From: Candidatus Falkowbacteria bacterium
Lineage (GTDB): Bacteria; Patescibacteriota; Patescibacteriia; Patescibacteriales; WJLG01
Length of the DNA: 64,000 nucleotides
Assembly: GCA_963747695.1 (NCBI GenBank)
Contig: CAVVFV010000012.1
Location: forward strand, 26,659-90,658
Direction: 5' to 3'
Numbering within the stretch: the stretch's first letter is position 1; each line of letters opens with the position of its first letter. Under the pieces are notes generated by a model, which saw only the letters and a program-made list of their open reading frames with translations, made no database searches and was not told the DNA's origin. Below, in pieces: positions 50,781 through 60,294 of the stretch. The position numbers were made by a program, and so were the translations under genes.

Positions 50781-51503
50781 ATGAGAGGAATAATTCTTTC
50801 CGGAGGAGCGGGAACGCGTCTCCGACCATTGACCTATATCACTTCAAAACAACTTTTGCCGGTTTATAACAAACCGATGATTTATTATCCGCTTAATACT
50901 TTGCTTAAAGCGGGGATCAAGGAAATATTGATCATCGTGGCGCCGGAGCGGGCTGGCGATTATTCCAATCTGCTTGGTTCGGGCAAAGAATTCGGCGCGA
51001 AATTCACATATGAGGTCCAGGATGAGCCAAGGGGTTTGGCAGACGCGCTGATCATCGGCGATAATTTCATCGATCAGGAAAATATCGCCTTGATTTTAGG
51101 CGATAATATTTTTGAAGATGATTTTACCGACGAGATTAAGAAATTCAAAAGCGGCGGAAAAATTTTCGCCAAGCAAGTCAAAGATCCGGAACGTTTCGGC
51201 GTGGTGGAATTTGCCGGCAGCAAGGCCAAGCGAATCGTGGAAAAACCCAAGGAACCGGTCAGCGATTATGCTGTTACCGGATTGTACCTCTATGATTATC
51301 GCGCCGTTCAAGTTGCCAAGGACCTCAAGCCTTCGCCTCGGGGCGAATTGGAAATCACCGACGTGAATAATTGGTATTTGGAGAAAGGGGAGTTGGAAGT
51401 GGCCAAGATCAGCGGCGCCTGGCTGGATGCCGGAACCTTTGACAGCTTGCTGGAAGCGCAGAATCTGGCCAAGGAAAAATTGGCCGGAAAAATGGTGATA
51501 TAA
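50781..51503 (+). CDS. rmlA: Glucose-1-phosphate thymidylyltransferase
   Basis: ILSGGAGTRLRP, KQLLPVYNKPMIYY, LGDNIF, SPRGELEITD, WLDAGT. Confidence 0.93.
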   Translation: MRGIILSGGAGTRLRPLTYITSKQLLPVYNKPMIYYPLNTLLKAGIKEILIIVAPERAGDYSNLLGSGKEFGAKFTYEVQDEPRGLADALIIGDNFIDQENIALILGDNIFEDDFTDEIKKFKSGGKIFAKQVKDPERFGVVEFAGSKAKRIVEKPKEPVSDYAVTGLYLYDYRAVQVAKDLKPSPRGELEITDVNNWYLEKGELEVAKISGAWLDAGTFDSLLEAQNLAKEKLAGKMVI

Positions 51504-51611
51504 TTGTCATATTGTCATATTGTCATATTGCTATATTGTTACGCTACGAAATTAATTAGCTGTGTATTGAAAACGTTGCGCAACAATATAACAATATAGC
51601 AATATAACAAT
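51503..51611. repeat. Inverted 8-mer arms (ATTG family)
   Basis: attgtcat x3, attgctat, attgtt ... acaatata acaatata gcaatata acaat; fills the rmlA-GT gap. Confidence 0.8.
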
Positions 51612-51618
51612 AAATCCG

Positions 51619-52551
51619 ATGAGAACATTAATTGGTTTTATTATTTTCGGCGACACCACGGCAAAATATCTGCCGTTTTTTTTGCCGTCGCTTTCCAATC
51701 AGACGGCCAAGGATTTTAAGATAATCGCTTTTAACAACGGTGAGGCGGATGATGCCAACGTCAGATATTTAAGAGCCAATTTTCCCGAGATCGAAATTAT
51801 CGGCGGCGGCGTAAATCTCGGATTTGCCGCAGCTTATAACCGGATGATCGCCCGGGCTCAGCAAGATCGGGCTGATTATTTTTTAATGACTAATTCGGAT
51901 GTCATATTTGAGCCGGATGTTTTGGAAAAATTGGCGCGGCGATTGGATGCCGACCAAGAGCTTGGCTCGGTTTGCCCGAAGATACTTAAATGGGGCTTTA
52001 GCGATAATAAAAAAACGGATATCGTCGATTCTTACGGCATCGGCTTGAAAAGCGGTTTGCGTTTTTTCGATGTCGGCCAGGGGAAAAAAGATGCTCAGCA
52101 TTTTCGGTATTCGCGGATCATCGGTCCTTCCGGAGCTTGCGGATTATTCCGGATGGCGGCTTTGGAAAAAATCAAAGAGCAAGGAAAATATCTGGACGAG
52201 CGGATGTTTATGTACAAGGAAGATTGCGACCTGGATTACCGGCTGTATTTAATTCATCAGGAATCGGCTTGCTTTCCCGAGGCGGTGGTTTATCATGACC
52301 GCACGGCGGCCGGAATCGGCAGCGGCGATTTGGCGGCGATTCGATCAAGAAAAAATAAAAGCCGCGAGGTCAAGCGCCAGTCGCTCGCCAATCAGCAGTT
52401 GATTTTTAAGAAATATTGGCACTTGCAGAATTTTATTTCCCGGCTGAATATATTTTTTTATCTCCTTAAATCATTTTTATACAGTTTGTTTTTTGAGCAA
52501 TATCTTTTGTCCGTCAGCTTGACATTTTTTAAAAAAGGCAGTAAATTATAG
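51619..52551 (+). CDS. Glycosyltransferase family 2 (rhamnosyltransferase-like)
   Basis: NLGFAAAYN, NSD, GACGLFR, FMYKEDCDL; next to rmlA. Confidence 0.9.
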   Translation: MRTLIGFIIFGDTTAKYLPFFLPSLSNQTAKDFKIIAFNNGEADDANVRYLRANFPEIEIIGGGVNLGFAAAYNRMIARAQQDRADYFLMTNSDVIFEPDVLEKLARRLDADQELGSVCPKILKWGFSDNKKTDIVDSYGIGLKSGLRFFDVGQGKKDAQHFRYSRIIGPSGACGLFRMAALEKIKEQGKYLDERMFMYKEDCDLDYRLYLIHQESACFPEAVVYHDRTAAGIGSGDLAAIRSRKNKSREVKRQSLANQQLIFKKYWHLQNFISRLNIFFYLLKSFLYSLFFEQYLLSVSLTFFKKGSKL

Positions 52552-52592
52552 CAAAATTTAACAGTCCAACTTTTTATCATTGGGAGGTCGTA

Positions 52593-52946
52593 ATGGATTG
52601 TACCTTTAAGGCGGTTCCGCCGACGGACAATTTCTGTGTCAAACGGGAGACGGGAATCGATGAAAATTCGGTATTTATGAAATTAATCGAACCGATGGCT
52701 GTCGAGCCGGGCGAACGAATCCTCGCGATTGATACTGCTGGTAATGAATTGTATTTTGCCGCGCAAGGAGGCGAAGCGGTTAATGCTTTCGGTCCGGGAT
52801 TGGTGCTGGTTTCCTTCTCGGATGAAACTTTGGTCCAGACCCTGCCCGAATCGGAAGCTGATCTGCTCGCGAGCTTTTGCGATCTTTTCCTTAATGTGGA
52901 AAAGAAACCGAAATCGGTTAAAAAAGCTAGTAAGGTAACCAAATAG
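52593..52946 (+). CDS. Hypothetical protein (SD-led orphan)
   Basis: GGGAGG 6 nt before the ATG; 117 aa. Confidence 0.6.
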   Translation: MDCTFKAVPPTDNFCVKRETGIDENSVFMKLIEPMAVEPGERILAIDTAGNELYFAAQGGEAVNAFGPGLVLVSFSDETLVQTLPESEADLLASFCDLFLNVEKKPKSVKKASKVTK

Positions 52947-52960
52947 AGGAGGGTAGCAGT

Positions 52961-53125
52961 TTGACTTTTGAACGACGCAACCAGTGCAACAAGATATCAA
53001 ACAGAAAAGCTTTTTTAAGGCCAAAGGTGGTAGTCCGCAGCCGGCAAAATATCGGTCTATCTCCGGCCGGTATGAAAATGGCCGAGATTCCGGTCGATCG
53101 ATCTGCCAAAAAAAGTTGGCGTTAG
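52961..53125 (+). CDS. Small basic orphan, 54 aa; missed by the ORF track
   Basis: GAGGAGG then TTG; MTFERRNQCNKISNRKAFLRPKVVVRSRQNIGLSPAGMKMAEIPVDRSAKKSWR; terminator AGGGGCG..CGCCCCTTTTTT at 53130-53155. Confidence 0.5.
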   Translation: MTFERRNQCNKISNRKAFLRPKVVVRSRQNIGLSPAGMKMAEIPVDRSAKKSWR

Positions 53126-53242
53126 CGACAGGGGCGATCAGTACGCCCCTTTTTTGTTGGCATCTTGACTTTTTCTTGATTTTTACTATAATTATAATCT
53201 AGCTTATCAGAGCTATTTTTATTTAAATAAATTACATATTTT

Positions 53243-53551
53243 ATGGCTAAAATTGCCGTGATCAAGACTGGCGGAAAACAATATAAAGTTACCGATGGTC
53301 AGTTGCTAAACATTGAAAAATTGGAAAAAAAACAAGGCGATAAGGTTAAATTCGAAACCCTTTTGATCGCCGACGAAAAGGATTTGCAAATCGGCAAACC
53401 CGGTTTGGGCGAGAAAGTCGAAGCTGAAGTTATCGAGCAGGGCCGCCACGATAAGATTGCCGTGGTCAAGTTCAAGAACAAGACCCGCTATACCAGGAAC
53501 CGCGGCCATCGCCAACCGTTCACCAAAGTTAAAATTACTGCCATTGCCTAA
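53243..53551 (+). CDS. rplU: 50S ribosomal protein L21
   Basis: IKTGGKQYKV, GHRQPFT; terminator 53558-53584. Confidence 0.97.
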   Translation: MAKIAVIKTGGKQYKVTDGQLLNIEKLEKKQGDKVKFETLLIADEKDLQIGKPGLGEKVEAEVIEQGRHDKIAVVKFKNKTRYTRNRGHRQPFTKVKITAIA

Positions 53552-53634
53552 ACAATAAAAGCAGGCCCTAGAGCCTGCTTTTTTAAATGGAGGCAATGTG
53601 ATAAAATAAAAAAATAAATTATAAAAAGCGATAT

Positions 53635-54147
53635 ATGATTGAATTAGAAAAAACATATTTAGCAAAGTTTTTGCCACCCGACTTAGTCAACAGCGATTAT
53701 TCAGAAATGCTCGACGTATATTTGCCAATCTCAAGCAGCCATCCGCATTTAAGGTTGCGAAAGAAGGGGGATAAACTCGAAATTACTAAGAAGACGTTGG
53801 TTGATCGGGGAGATGCGTCTAAGCAGCTTGAGCAGACGATTATTTTAGAGCCAGAAGAGTTTAACGCTTTAGTGCAGGTAAAAGGCAAACGAGTGAGCAA
53901 AAAAAGGTATCGCCTTAAACGAGAAAATCGTATTATCGAAGTTGATGTATTTCAGGATGCTTTGGCTGGTTTGGTTTTGGTTGACGTGGAGTTCGATTCA
54001 GTTGAAGAAAAAGAAAAATTTCTCATGCCGGATTTTTGTCTGGTTGAAGTGACTCAAAAAGATTTTTTGGCAGGCGGAATGCTTTGTGGAAAAAGTTATG
54101 GCGACATTGAAGCGGAGCTGAATGAATGTGGTTACAGTCGGCTTTAA
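53635..54147 (+). CDS. CYTH-domain protein
   Basis: ELEKTYL (ExExK), LRLRK, KKRY, EVDVF, LVDVEF. Confidence 0.85.
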   Translation: MIELEKTYLAKFLPPDLVNSDYSEMLDVYLPISSSHPHLRLRKKGDKLEITKKTLVDRGDASKQLEQTIILEPEEFNALVQVKGKRVSKKRYRLKRENRIIEVDVFQDALAGLVLVDVEFDSVEEKEKFLMPDFCLVEVTQKDFLAGGMLCGKSYGDIEAELNECGYSRL

Positions 54148-54208
54148 TTTTCTGTTATATAGAATGCGAATTTTTTTAATTGGTTTTTTTGTTAATTTAT
54201 AATCTTCC

Positions 54209-54483
54209 TTATAGCGCGCATTGGGAAATTTCCGTAATCACGCAGCGTAGAAGCCGTGCAAAAGTTGCGTTGTCCGAAGCCCGCTTCATTATTATAAAAA
54301 TTATAAATAAAGGCGGGCAAGAATAGCAATTTTGCTAGGCTTCCTAGCGGAGTGATAGGAAATTTTCCCTGCGCGCAGTTTTTTGCGCTACTTTTTCTAA
54401 AAAAAGTAGCAAAGATTTTGAAATAATGTCAGGAATATACCCACCCCGCCTCGCCGGGCTCGGCACCCCTCCCAAGAGGGGAT
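54209..54483. ncRNA. Structured repeat (long covarying hairpin plus CCCCTC arm), copy 2
   Basis: Homologous to 10189-10441; also lies between convergent genes. Confidence 0.55.
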
Positions 54484-54485
54484 TT

Positions 54486-55084
54486 TTAAACTTCATTTCT
54501 GTTCTTTAAGGCGTTATTCAAAGTTATTTCGTCCGCGTATTCGATATCCGAACCCATCGGCAGGCCGCGGGCTAGACGAGTCGTTTTTATTTTGAGCGGT
54601 TTGATTATTTTGGCCAGATACATCGAAGTCGTTTCGCCTTCCAGGGTGGGGGAGAGTGCTAAGATAACTTCTTTGATTTTTCCCTGCTTAAGGCGAGTTT
54701 CCAGCTTGGCAATGTTGGATGTTTCGACGCTGACGCCGGTTTGCGGGCGCAAGTTCCGGCCCAAAAGAAAATATAAGCCGTTATATTTTTTGGTCGTTTC
54801 GATGGCGAGCATTTCCGGTTGCGTGGCGATCACGCAGAGTGTCGAAGCATCGCGAGCCGGATCAGAGCAGAGCGGACACGGATCAGTCTCGGCGACTGCC
54901 AAACAAGTACTGCAAATCTTTAAATTTTTTTTCAGGCTGACGATGTCGGTGGCGATTTTAGTCAGAAATTCTTTGGGCTGTTTGAGCAGATAAAAAGCAT
55001 ACCGTTGCGCCGTTTTCGGCCCAACGGTAGGAATCTCCGACTTAGATCATCGATCAAATTTTGAATAGCCTGGGGGAATTTCAT
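54486..55084 (-). pseudogene. recR: Recombination protein RecR with an apparent 2-nt frameshift after codon ~15
   Basis: ATG 55084 gives MKFPQAIQNLIDDLS; IPTVGPKTAQRYAF...CSTC..CPLC..EGETT..LARGLPMG continues in another frame (599 nt = 597 + 2). Confidence 0.85.
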
Positions 55085-55090
55085 TAAAGT

Positions 55091-55205
55091 ATGCGAATAT
55101 CGCGAATTAATCGCGAATACTGCAAAAAATACGATATAATGACTCGAAGGAAATATGTTATTCGCGGTTTTCGTGGCATTCGCGTTTATTCGTAGATTCG
55201 CATCA
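55091..55205. repeat. CGAAT-family inverted arms
   Basis: atgcgaatat cgcgaat..cgcgaatac ... tattcgcg attcgcg attcgtag attcgcatca. Confidence 0.75.
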
Positions 55206-55208
55206 TTA

Positions 55209-55481
55209 TTACATTCCGGGTAGTCCGCCCATCGCTCTCATTTTTTCCGCCATCACCCGCTGCGTTTTTTTGACCGCGTCATTAATGGCGTCGGGTAATT
55301 TTTTTTCCAATTCGTCCTTAGTCATTTCCTTTTCCAGGGTAACGGCCGAGACATTCATATTGCCGTCCATCACGATCTTGATTCCGTTCTTCTCGGCAGT
55401 AATCGTCTCCGCTCCCAAAGCATTTTGCAAAGTCTTGGCCTTGCTGCGCAAGTCTTTGAGTTGCTTTAATTTTTCAAACAT
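55209..55481 (-). CDS. ybaB: YbaB/EbfC nucleoid-associated protein
   Basis: LKDLRSKAKTLQ, IKIVMDGNM, AINDAVKK; upstream of recR. Confidence 0.88.
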   Translation of the reverse strand: MFEKLKQLKDLRSKAKTLQNALGAETITAEKNGIKIVMDGNMNVSAVTLEKEMTKDELEKKLPDAINDAVKKTQRVMAEKMRAMGGLPGM

Positions 55482-55484
55482 AAA

Positions 55485-55640
55485 TTAGGTACTTAGTTGA
55501 TTAGGTACTTAGGCCTACCTATTCAAGCTCATTTATTTTATAATCTTTACGCATTAAATTATGAGTTCGTTTATTAAAATAGAAGAAATTATCCATACTA
55601 CTACTAAGTACCTAATATACTAAGTGCCTAATTAACCAAA
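55485..55640. repeat. Inverted 8-mer arms (TTAGG family)
   Basis: ttaggtac ttagttga ttaggtac ttagg ... ctaagtac ctaatata ctaagtgc ctaatt. Confidence 0.75.
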
Positions 55641-57035
55641 CTAGAATTCCGGCACTGCTTCGCCGTAGTCCTGTTTTTGTAGATTTTTAAAGCTGACGGT
55701 ATCGTGGTCGAAGAAGAGATTGACCGAGCCGGTCGGGCCGTTGCGGTGTTTGGCCACGTAAATTTTCGCCGAATTCTTATCTTCCTCCGTCAAAGATTCG
55801 AAATCATAACCGCGGTCGGCGGCTTTGCGATAAACGAACATTACCACGTCGGCGTCCTGTTCGATCGAACCGGATTCGCGCAAGTGGGAAAGTTTCGGGA
55901 TGGCCGGTTTTTCCAACTCAACGGCGCGGGCTAATTGTGAAAGCGCCACCACCGGGACATTCAGCTCTCTGGCAATTCCCTTGAGACCGCGAGTGATTTC
56001 GGCGACTTCCTGGACGCGATTATCGCCGTATTTGCCCCGCCCTTCCATTAATTGCAGATAGTCGACAATGATCAAGCCCAAGCCTTTGTCCATCTTCAAG
56101 CGGCGGGCCTTGGCGCGGATTTCCATAATTGAGGTGGTGGCCGAGTCGTCGATGAAGATCGGCGCCTCGGACAATTGTCCCATCGCTTCGCCGATCCGGG
56201 CAAAATCATTGTCATCTTCACGATCGGACAATTTGCCGGTACGCATTTTCCATAAAGAAACTCCGGCCTGGGCGCAAAGCATTCTGTCGACCAATTGCTC
56301 TTTGCTCATTTCCAAAGAAAAAACTCCGACCGGTTCGCGGCTTTTAACCGCCACCTGCCGGGCAAAATCCATCGCCAAGGAAGTCTTGCCGACCGAAGGG
56401 CGCGCGGCCAGAATGATCAGATCGGATTTCTGCAAGCCGGCCAAAAGCTTGTCCAAGTCGGTGAAGCCGGTGGGCAAGCCGCGCAATTTTCCCGATTGTT
56501 TGTGCAATTCGTCGATGCGTTCGAAAGCTTCGGTCAGAAGATTATCGATTGAAACAAAAGCGGTCTTCGAATAATTCTGCGAGATCTGAAAGATCTTTTT
56601 TTCCGTTTCGTCCAAGATCAGATCGACATCCTCGTCTTCGTTGAAACTTAAGTCGGAAATTTCGCTGGCTGCTTGCTGCAAACGGCGCAAAGTCGCTTTA
56701 TGCTGGATGATCTTAGCATAATTTTCCACGTTGGAAGCGGTGGCGACGAAATTGGAAAGCTGGGCCAGATAAGTCCGGCCGCCGATCGCCGCCAGCTTCC
56801 CTTTGGCGTCGAGACGGTTGGACAATGTCAAAATATCGATCGGTTCCTGACGGGAAAATAATTCTTTGATCGTTTCGTAGATGATGAAGTGCGCGTCTTT
56901 GTAGAAATCTTTTTCCGAGAGCGTGTCGACGACCTTGACGATCGCGTTTTTTTCCAAAAGCAAACAAGAAAGCAGGCACTGTTCGGCCTCGATGTTTTGT
57001 GGCGGCAATTTACCGATGATATTCTGCTCCGGCAT
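55641..57035 (-). CDS. dnaB: Replicative DNA helicase
   Basis: AARPSVGKT, FSLEM, VDYLQL, LSQLAR, LRESGSIEQDAD, KHRNGPTG; no intein. Confidence 0.98.
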   Translation of the reverse strand: MPEQNIIGKLPPQNIEAEQCLLSCLLLEKNAIVKVVDTLSEKDFYKDAHFIIYETIKELFSRQEPIDILTLSNRLDAKGKLAAIGGRTYLAQLSNFVATASNVENYAKIIQHKATLRRLQQAASEISDLSFNEDEDVDLILDETEKKIFQISQNYSKTAFVSIDNLLTEAFERIDELHKQSGKLRGLPTGFTDLDKLLAGLQKSDLIILAARPSVGKTSLAMDFARQVAVKSREPVGVFSLEMSKEQLVDRMLCAQAGVSLWKMRTGKLSDREDDNDFARIGEAMGQLSEAPIFIDDSATTSIMEIRAKARRLKMDKGLGLIIVDYLQLMEGRGKYGDNRVQEVAEITRGLKGIARELNVPVVALSQLARAVELEKPAIPKLSHLRESGSIEQDADVVMFVYRKAADRGYDFESLTEEDKNSAKIYVAKHRNGPTGSVNLFFDHDTVSFKNLQKQDYGEAVPEF

Positions 57036-57235
57036 AGATTCTCGCTCTTAAAATGATTAAATAATATTATCTCATTGCGGTTGATTTAGCAAGCGCGGAA
57101 AATGCACATTTAATCCACTGCTTCAGGCGATATTTTCCGGTATACTCGACCTCAATTCACGATTGACAGGATTAATGAGGAATGGTATAACGGTATTACT
57201 ATTTTGAATCTCGATCTTTAAAACAAGGGGGAAAT

Positions 57236-57505
57236 ATGGCGGGATCATACAAAGCCAAAAGATTGTTGAGAGATGACGATAATATGCTGGAACTGAAGGC
57301 CGAAGGCGCGCTGTTCTGCGTGAAAGATGAAAATGTGGGTCTGCTCGTCGCTGAAAATGCCAGCGGGATATCAGTAATGGCCGGAAGAAATGGCAAGATA
57401 ACGCTTTGCGGACAAAGTCAAAATTTACGTAATCTGCTAAACGCGATCGGTCCGCACCGCATCAATCTTGCGCCCCTGCAGACGTATACCGACAAGAGAA
57501 AATAA
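57236..57505 (+). CDS. Hypothetical protein (SD-led orphan)
   Basis: Promoter TTGACA-17-TATAAC (57163-57191), boxA-like CGATCTTTAAAA (57212), SD AAGGGGG. Confidence 0.65.
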   Translation: MAGSYKAKRLLRDDDNMLELKAEGALFCVKDENVGLLVAENASGISVMAGRNGKITLCGQSQNLRNLLNAIGPHRINLAPLQTYTDKRK

Positions 57506-57544
57506 CCTCGAGCCGGGACGCCCATTTAAACAAGGAGAAAGAAA

Positions 57545-57826
57545 ATGGATCAAGCAACAAGCATAAAAGTCGAAAGTCTGAAAAGAATCAAAGGCACGCA
57601 TTATGGCCTGACCATCAACAAGCTGGAAGGCAAAGAGGAAGTTAAGGTCTGGGCAGGGTGGGACGGGATGGTTATCCTTAAGGTATTGGGGGATGCAGAA
57701 TCCGTTTTCGCCGCAATTCAGCCGGATAATTCGGTAATGCTTTGGGGGACGAAAGAGAAACTGCGCGATCTGCTTACCTCAATCGGTCACAATGTGATCG
57801 AGGATCTCGCGTTGTCGGATCACTAA
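57545..57826 (+). CDS. Hypothetical protein (SD-led orphan), probable paralog of 57236
   Basis: SD AAGGAG; shared C-terminal LxG...LRxLLxxIG; terminator 57843-57872. Confidence 0.65.
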   Translation: MDQATSIKVESLKRIKGTHYGLTINKLEGKEEVKVWAGWDGMVILKVLGDAESVFAAIQPDNSVMLWGTKEKLRDLLTSIGHNVIEDLALSDH

Positions 57827-57963
57827 CGAGTTTCGATCGGATAGAACTGTTTGCCAAGACAGTTCTTTTTTTGCTTTTATAGTCCATCGATAGTATAATT
57901 TAAATGAAACATCGGCCTATGTTTCATTTTAAGATTGGCCAAAAAAACAATTCCTGCGAATCA

Positions 57964-59265
57964 ATGATAAATATATTTAAGAATAATACCTTTGCCAGAA
58001 ACAGCGTGATTTTGTTCGCCGGATCGATCGCCGCCAACTTGATGAATTATTTTTTTCATCTGGCGATCGGCCGGATGGTCAGCGCGGAAATTTACGGCCA
58101 GACCGAATCGCTTATTTCGCTGATCGCCATAATTTCCGTGCCAGCGGCTACGCTTGGCCTCGTCGCGACTAAATTCGCGGCGGCGAGCAAGGCGGAAAAT
58201 AATCCTTCCGGCAGCCTGGGGCTGATGAAATATCTTAACCGCCAAGTGGTCATTTTCGGTTTGCCGATTTTTTTGATTGCTTTGGCGCTCACGCCGCTCG
58301 TCGCCAATTTTTTAAAGATCGGCAGCCTTTGGCCTTTGGTGATAATATGGGCGCTGATGTTCTTGTCTTTTTTCAGCGCGATTAATCTGGGAATCTTGGG
58401 CGGCTGGCAAAAATTCGTCGCGGTCAGCTGGAACGGCGTCATCGGGACGCTGGGCAAACTGATCTTTGGCGTTGGTTTGGTCGGTTTAGGTTTCGCATTG
58501 AATAGTATCGTGGGCAGTTTCTTGATCGGCGGCGTGATCGCTTATGCCGCTTCTATCATAATGCTGAAATTTTTAAAAAAGGGAGCGGGTGAGGTTAAAG
58601 GCAGCGGGATCAGCGGCATTAATTTTTCATCGGTTAAAAGCTATGTCTTCCCGGCTTTTGCCGGCAGTCTGGCCATCAACCTGCTGGGTAATATCGATAT
58701 GATTTTAGCCAAACACAATCTTGACTCGGTCTTGGCGGGCGGTTACGGCGCGCTGAACGTGATTTCCAAGATAATTTTTTTCGTCACCGGCATCCTGGCT
58801 TCCGTGCTTTTCGCTATGGCCGCCGAGCATGCCCATAAAAAAACCGACTCCGCGCCGATTTTGAAAACAGCGATCTGGCTGACGGTTATTTTCTGTCTGG
58901 CAGCGACCGTTTTTTATTTTTTGTTTCCGCATTTGATTCTGGAGATATTTTTCGGCGCCAAATATTTGGGCGTCGCCGCCTATCTGGGCTGGTTCGCGAT
59001 CAGTGTTTCGTTATTTTCGTTGGCCAATCTGATCTTGCAATATCTGTTGTCGATCCATGAGACTAGGATCGCTTATTTTTTCCTGATTATTTCGGCCCTG
59101 GCCGCCGTTTTTATCTTATTGCTTGGCAAGACTATTTTTGCTATCTTGATTATGATCAGCCTGAGCAATCTGGCCGGTGTTTTGATTGGCGCGATTTTTC
59201 TGTATCGTAAGCGATTTTCCGCGATAGTCGAGGAAACTACGCCGATAATTAATTACATTGAATAA
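57964..59265 (+). CDS. Oligosaccharide flippase (Wzx-like)
   Basis: About 12 TM helices, NIDMILAKH, AGGYGA. Confidence 0.88.
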   Translation: MINIFKNNTFARNSVILFAGSIAANLMNYFFHLAIGRMVSAEIYGQTESLISLIAIISVPAATLGLVATKFAAASKAENNPSGSLGLMKYLNRQVVIFGLPIFLIALALTPLVANFLKIGSLWPLVIIWALMFLSFFSAINLGILGGWQKFVAVSWNGVIGTLGKLIFGVGLVGLGFALNSIVGSFLIGGVIAYAASIIMLKFLKKGAGEVKGSGISGINFSSVKSYVFPAFAGSLAINLLGNIDMILAKHNLDSVLAGGYGALNVISKIIFFVTGILASVLFAMAAEHAHKKTDSAPILKTAIWLTVIFCLAATVFYFLFPHLILEIFFGAKYLGVAAYLGWFAISVSLFSLANLILQYLLSIHETRIAYFFLIISALAAVFILLLGKTIFAILIMISLSNLAGVLIGAIFLYRKRFSAIVEETTPIINYIE

Positions 59266-59276
59266 ACGTGAATTAT

Positions 59277-60224
59277 ATGAATGAGAAAAAGTTGATTTCT
59301 TTGGTTGTGCCGATCTATAACGAAGAAAAAAATATCAACCTTTTTTATCAAGCTTTGTCCGGAATTTTAAATAGTTCGGCGGCGAATTTTGATTGGGAAT
59401 TGATCCTGGTCAACGATGGTTCAACCGATCAAGGCGCGGTCTTGATCGAGCAATTGGCGCGGACCGATAAGCGGATAAAATATTTGGAATTCTCCCGCAA
59501 CTTCGGCAAAGAGATCGCGACGACCGCCGGTTTGAACAATGCCCGCGGCGCGGCGGCGATTATGATCGATGCCGACCTGCAGCATCCGGTCGAACTGATT
59601 CCGGAATTGATCGCCAAATGGCAGAGCGGCGCGGAAGTCGTGATCGGCGTGCGCAAAAGTAATCGGGGCGAGGGGATAGTTAAGAAACTCGGTTCGGGAC
59701 TTTTTTATCAGATCATCAATAATATCGCGGAGATAAAAATCATTCCCCAAGCCACCGATTTTCGGCTGATCGATCGCGCCGTGATCGATGAGTTCAACCG
59801 CTTCAGCGAAAATAACCGGATGACCCGGGCCTTGATCGATTGGCTCGGTTTTAAGCGTGATTATATTTATTTTGACGCCCGCGAACGGACCGACGGCCAG
59901 GCCAAGTATGGTTTTTGGAAACTTTTTCATCTGGCGGTTTCCAGTTTTGTCTCCTTAAGCCTGTTGCCTTTGAAATTGGCCGGTTATCTGGGCATCTTGA
60001 TCGTTTTTTTCTCCGGCATTTTAGGAATATATATCCTGTTCGGCAAATATGTTTTTCATCTGGCTAACCCTTCGAGTTTTTCCGGCACAGCCCAGCTCGG
60101 TATCTTGATCATCTTTCTGGTGGGCATAATTTTAATCTCCCTGGGCTTGATCGCTTTGTACATCGCCAACATCCACGGCGAAGTCACGCACCGGCCGCTT
60201 TATGTGATCAGAAAAAGAAAATAA
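59277..60224 (+). CDS. GT2, polyprenol-phosphate glycosyltransferase (GtrB/YfdH-like)
   Basis: VPIYNEE, DGSTD, SRNFGKE, DADLQHP, DFRL, two C-terminal TM helices. Confidence 0.92.
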   Translation: MNEKKLISLVVPIYNEEKNINLFYQALSGILNSSAANFDWELILVNDGSTDQGAVLIEQLARTDKRIKYLEFSRNFGKEIATTAGLNNARGAAAIMIDADLQHPVELIPELIAKWQSGAEVVIGVRKSNRGEGIVKKLGSGLFYQIINNIAEIKIIPQATDFRLIDRAVIDEFNRFSENNRMTRALIDWLGFKRDYIYFDARERTDGQAKYGFWKLFHLAVSSFVSLSLLPLKLAGYLGILIVFFSGILGIYILFGKYVFHLANPSSFSGTAQLGILIIFLVGIILISLGLIALYIANIHGEVTHRPLYVIRKRK

Positions 60225-60233
60225 AATTAGATC

Positions 60234-60290
60234 GTAGGAACGCAATATTTTGCGTTCAAATCATTAGAACGCAAAGTATTGCGTTCCTAC
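60234..60290. repeat. GTAG-type REP doublet, copy 5
   Basis: GTAGGAACGCAATATTTTGCGTTC...GAACGCAAAGTATTGCGTTCCTAC. Confidence 0.8.
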
Positions 60291-60294
60291 CATT

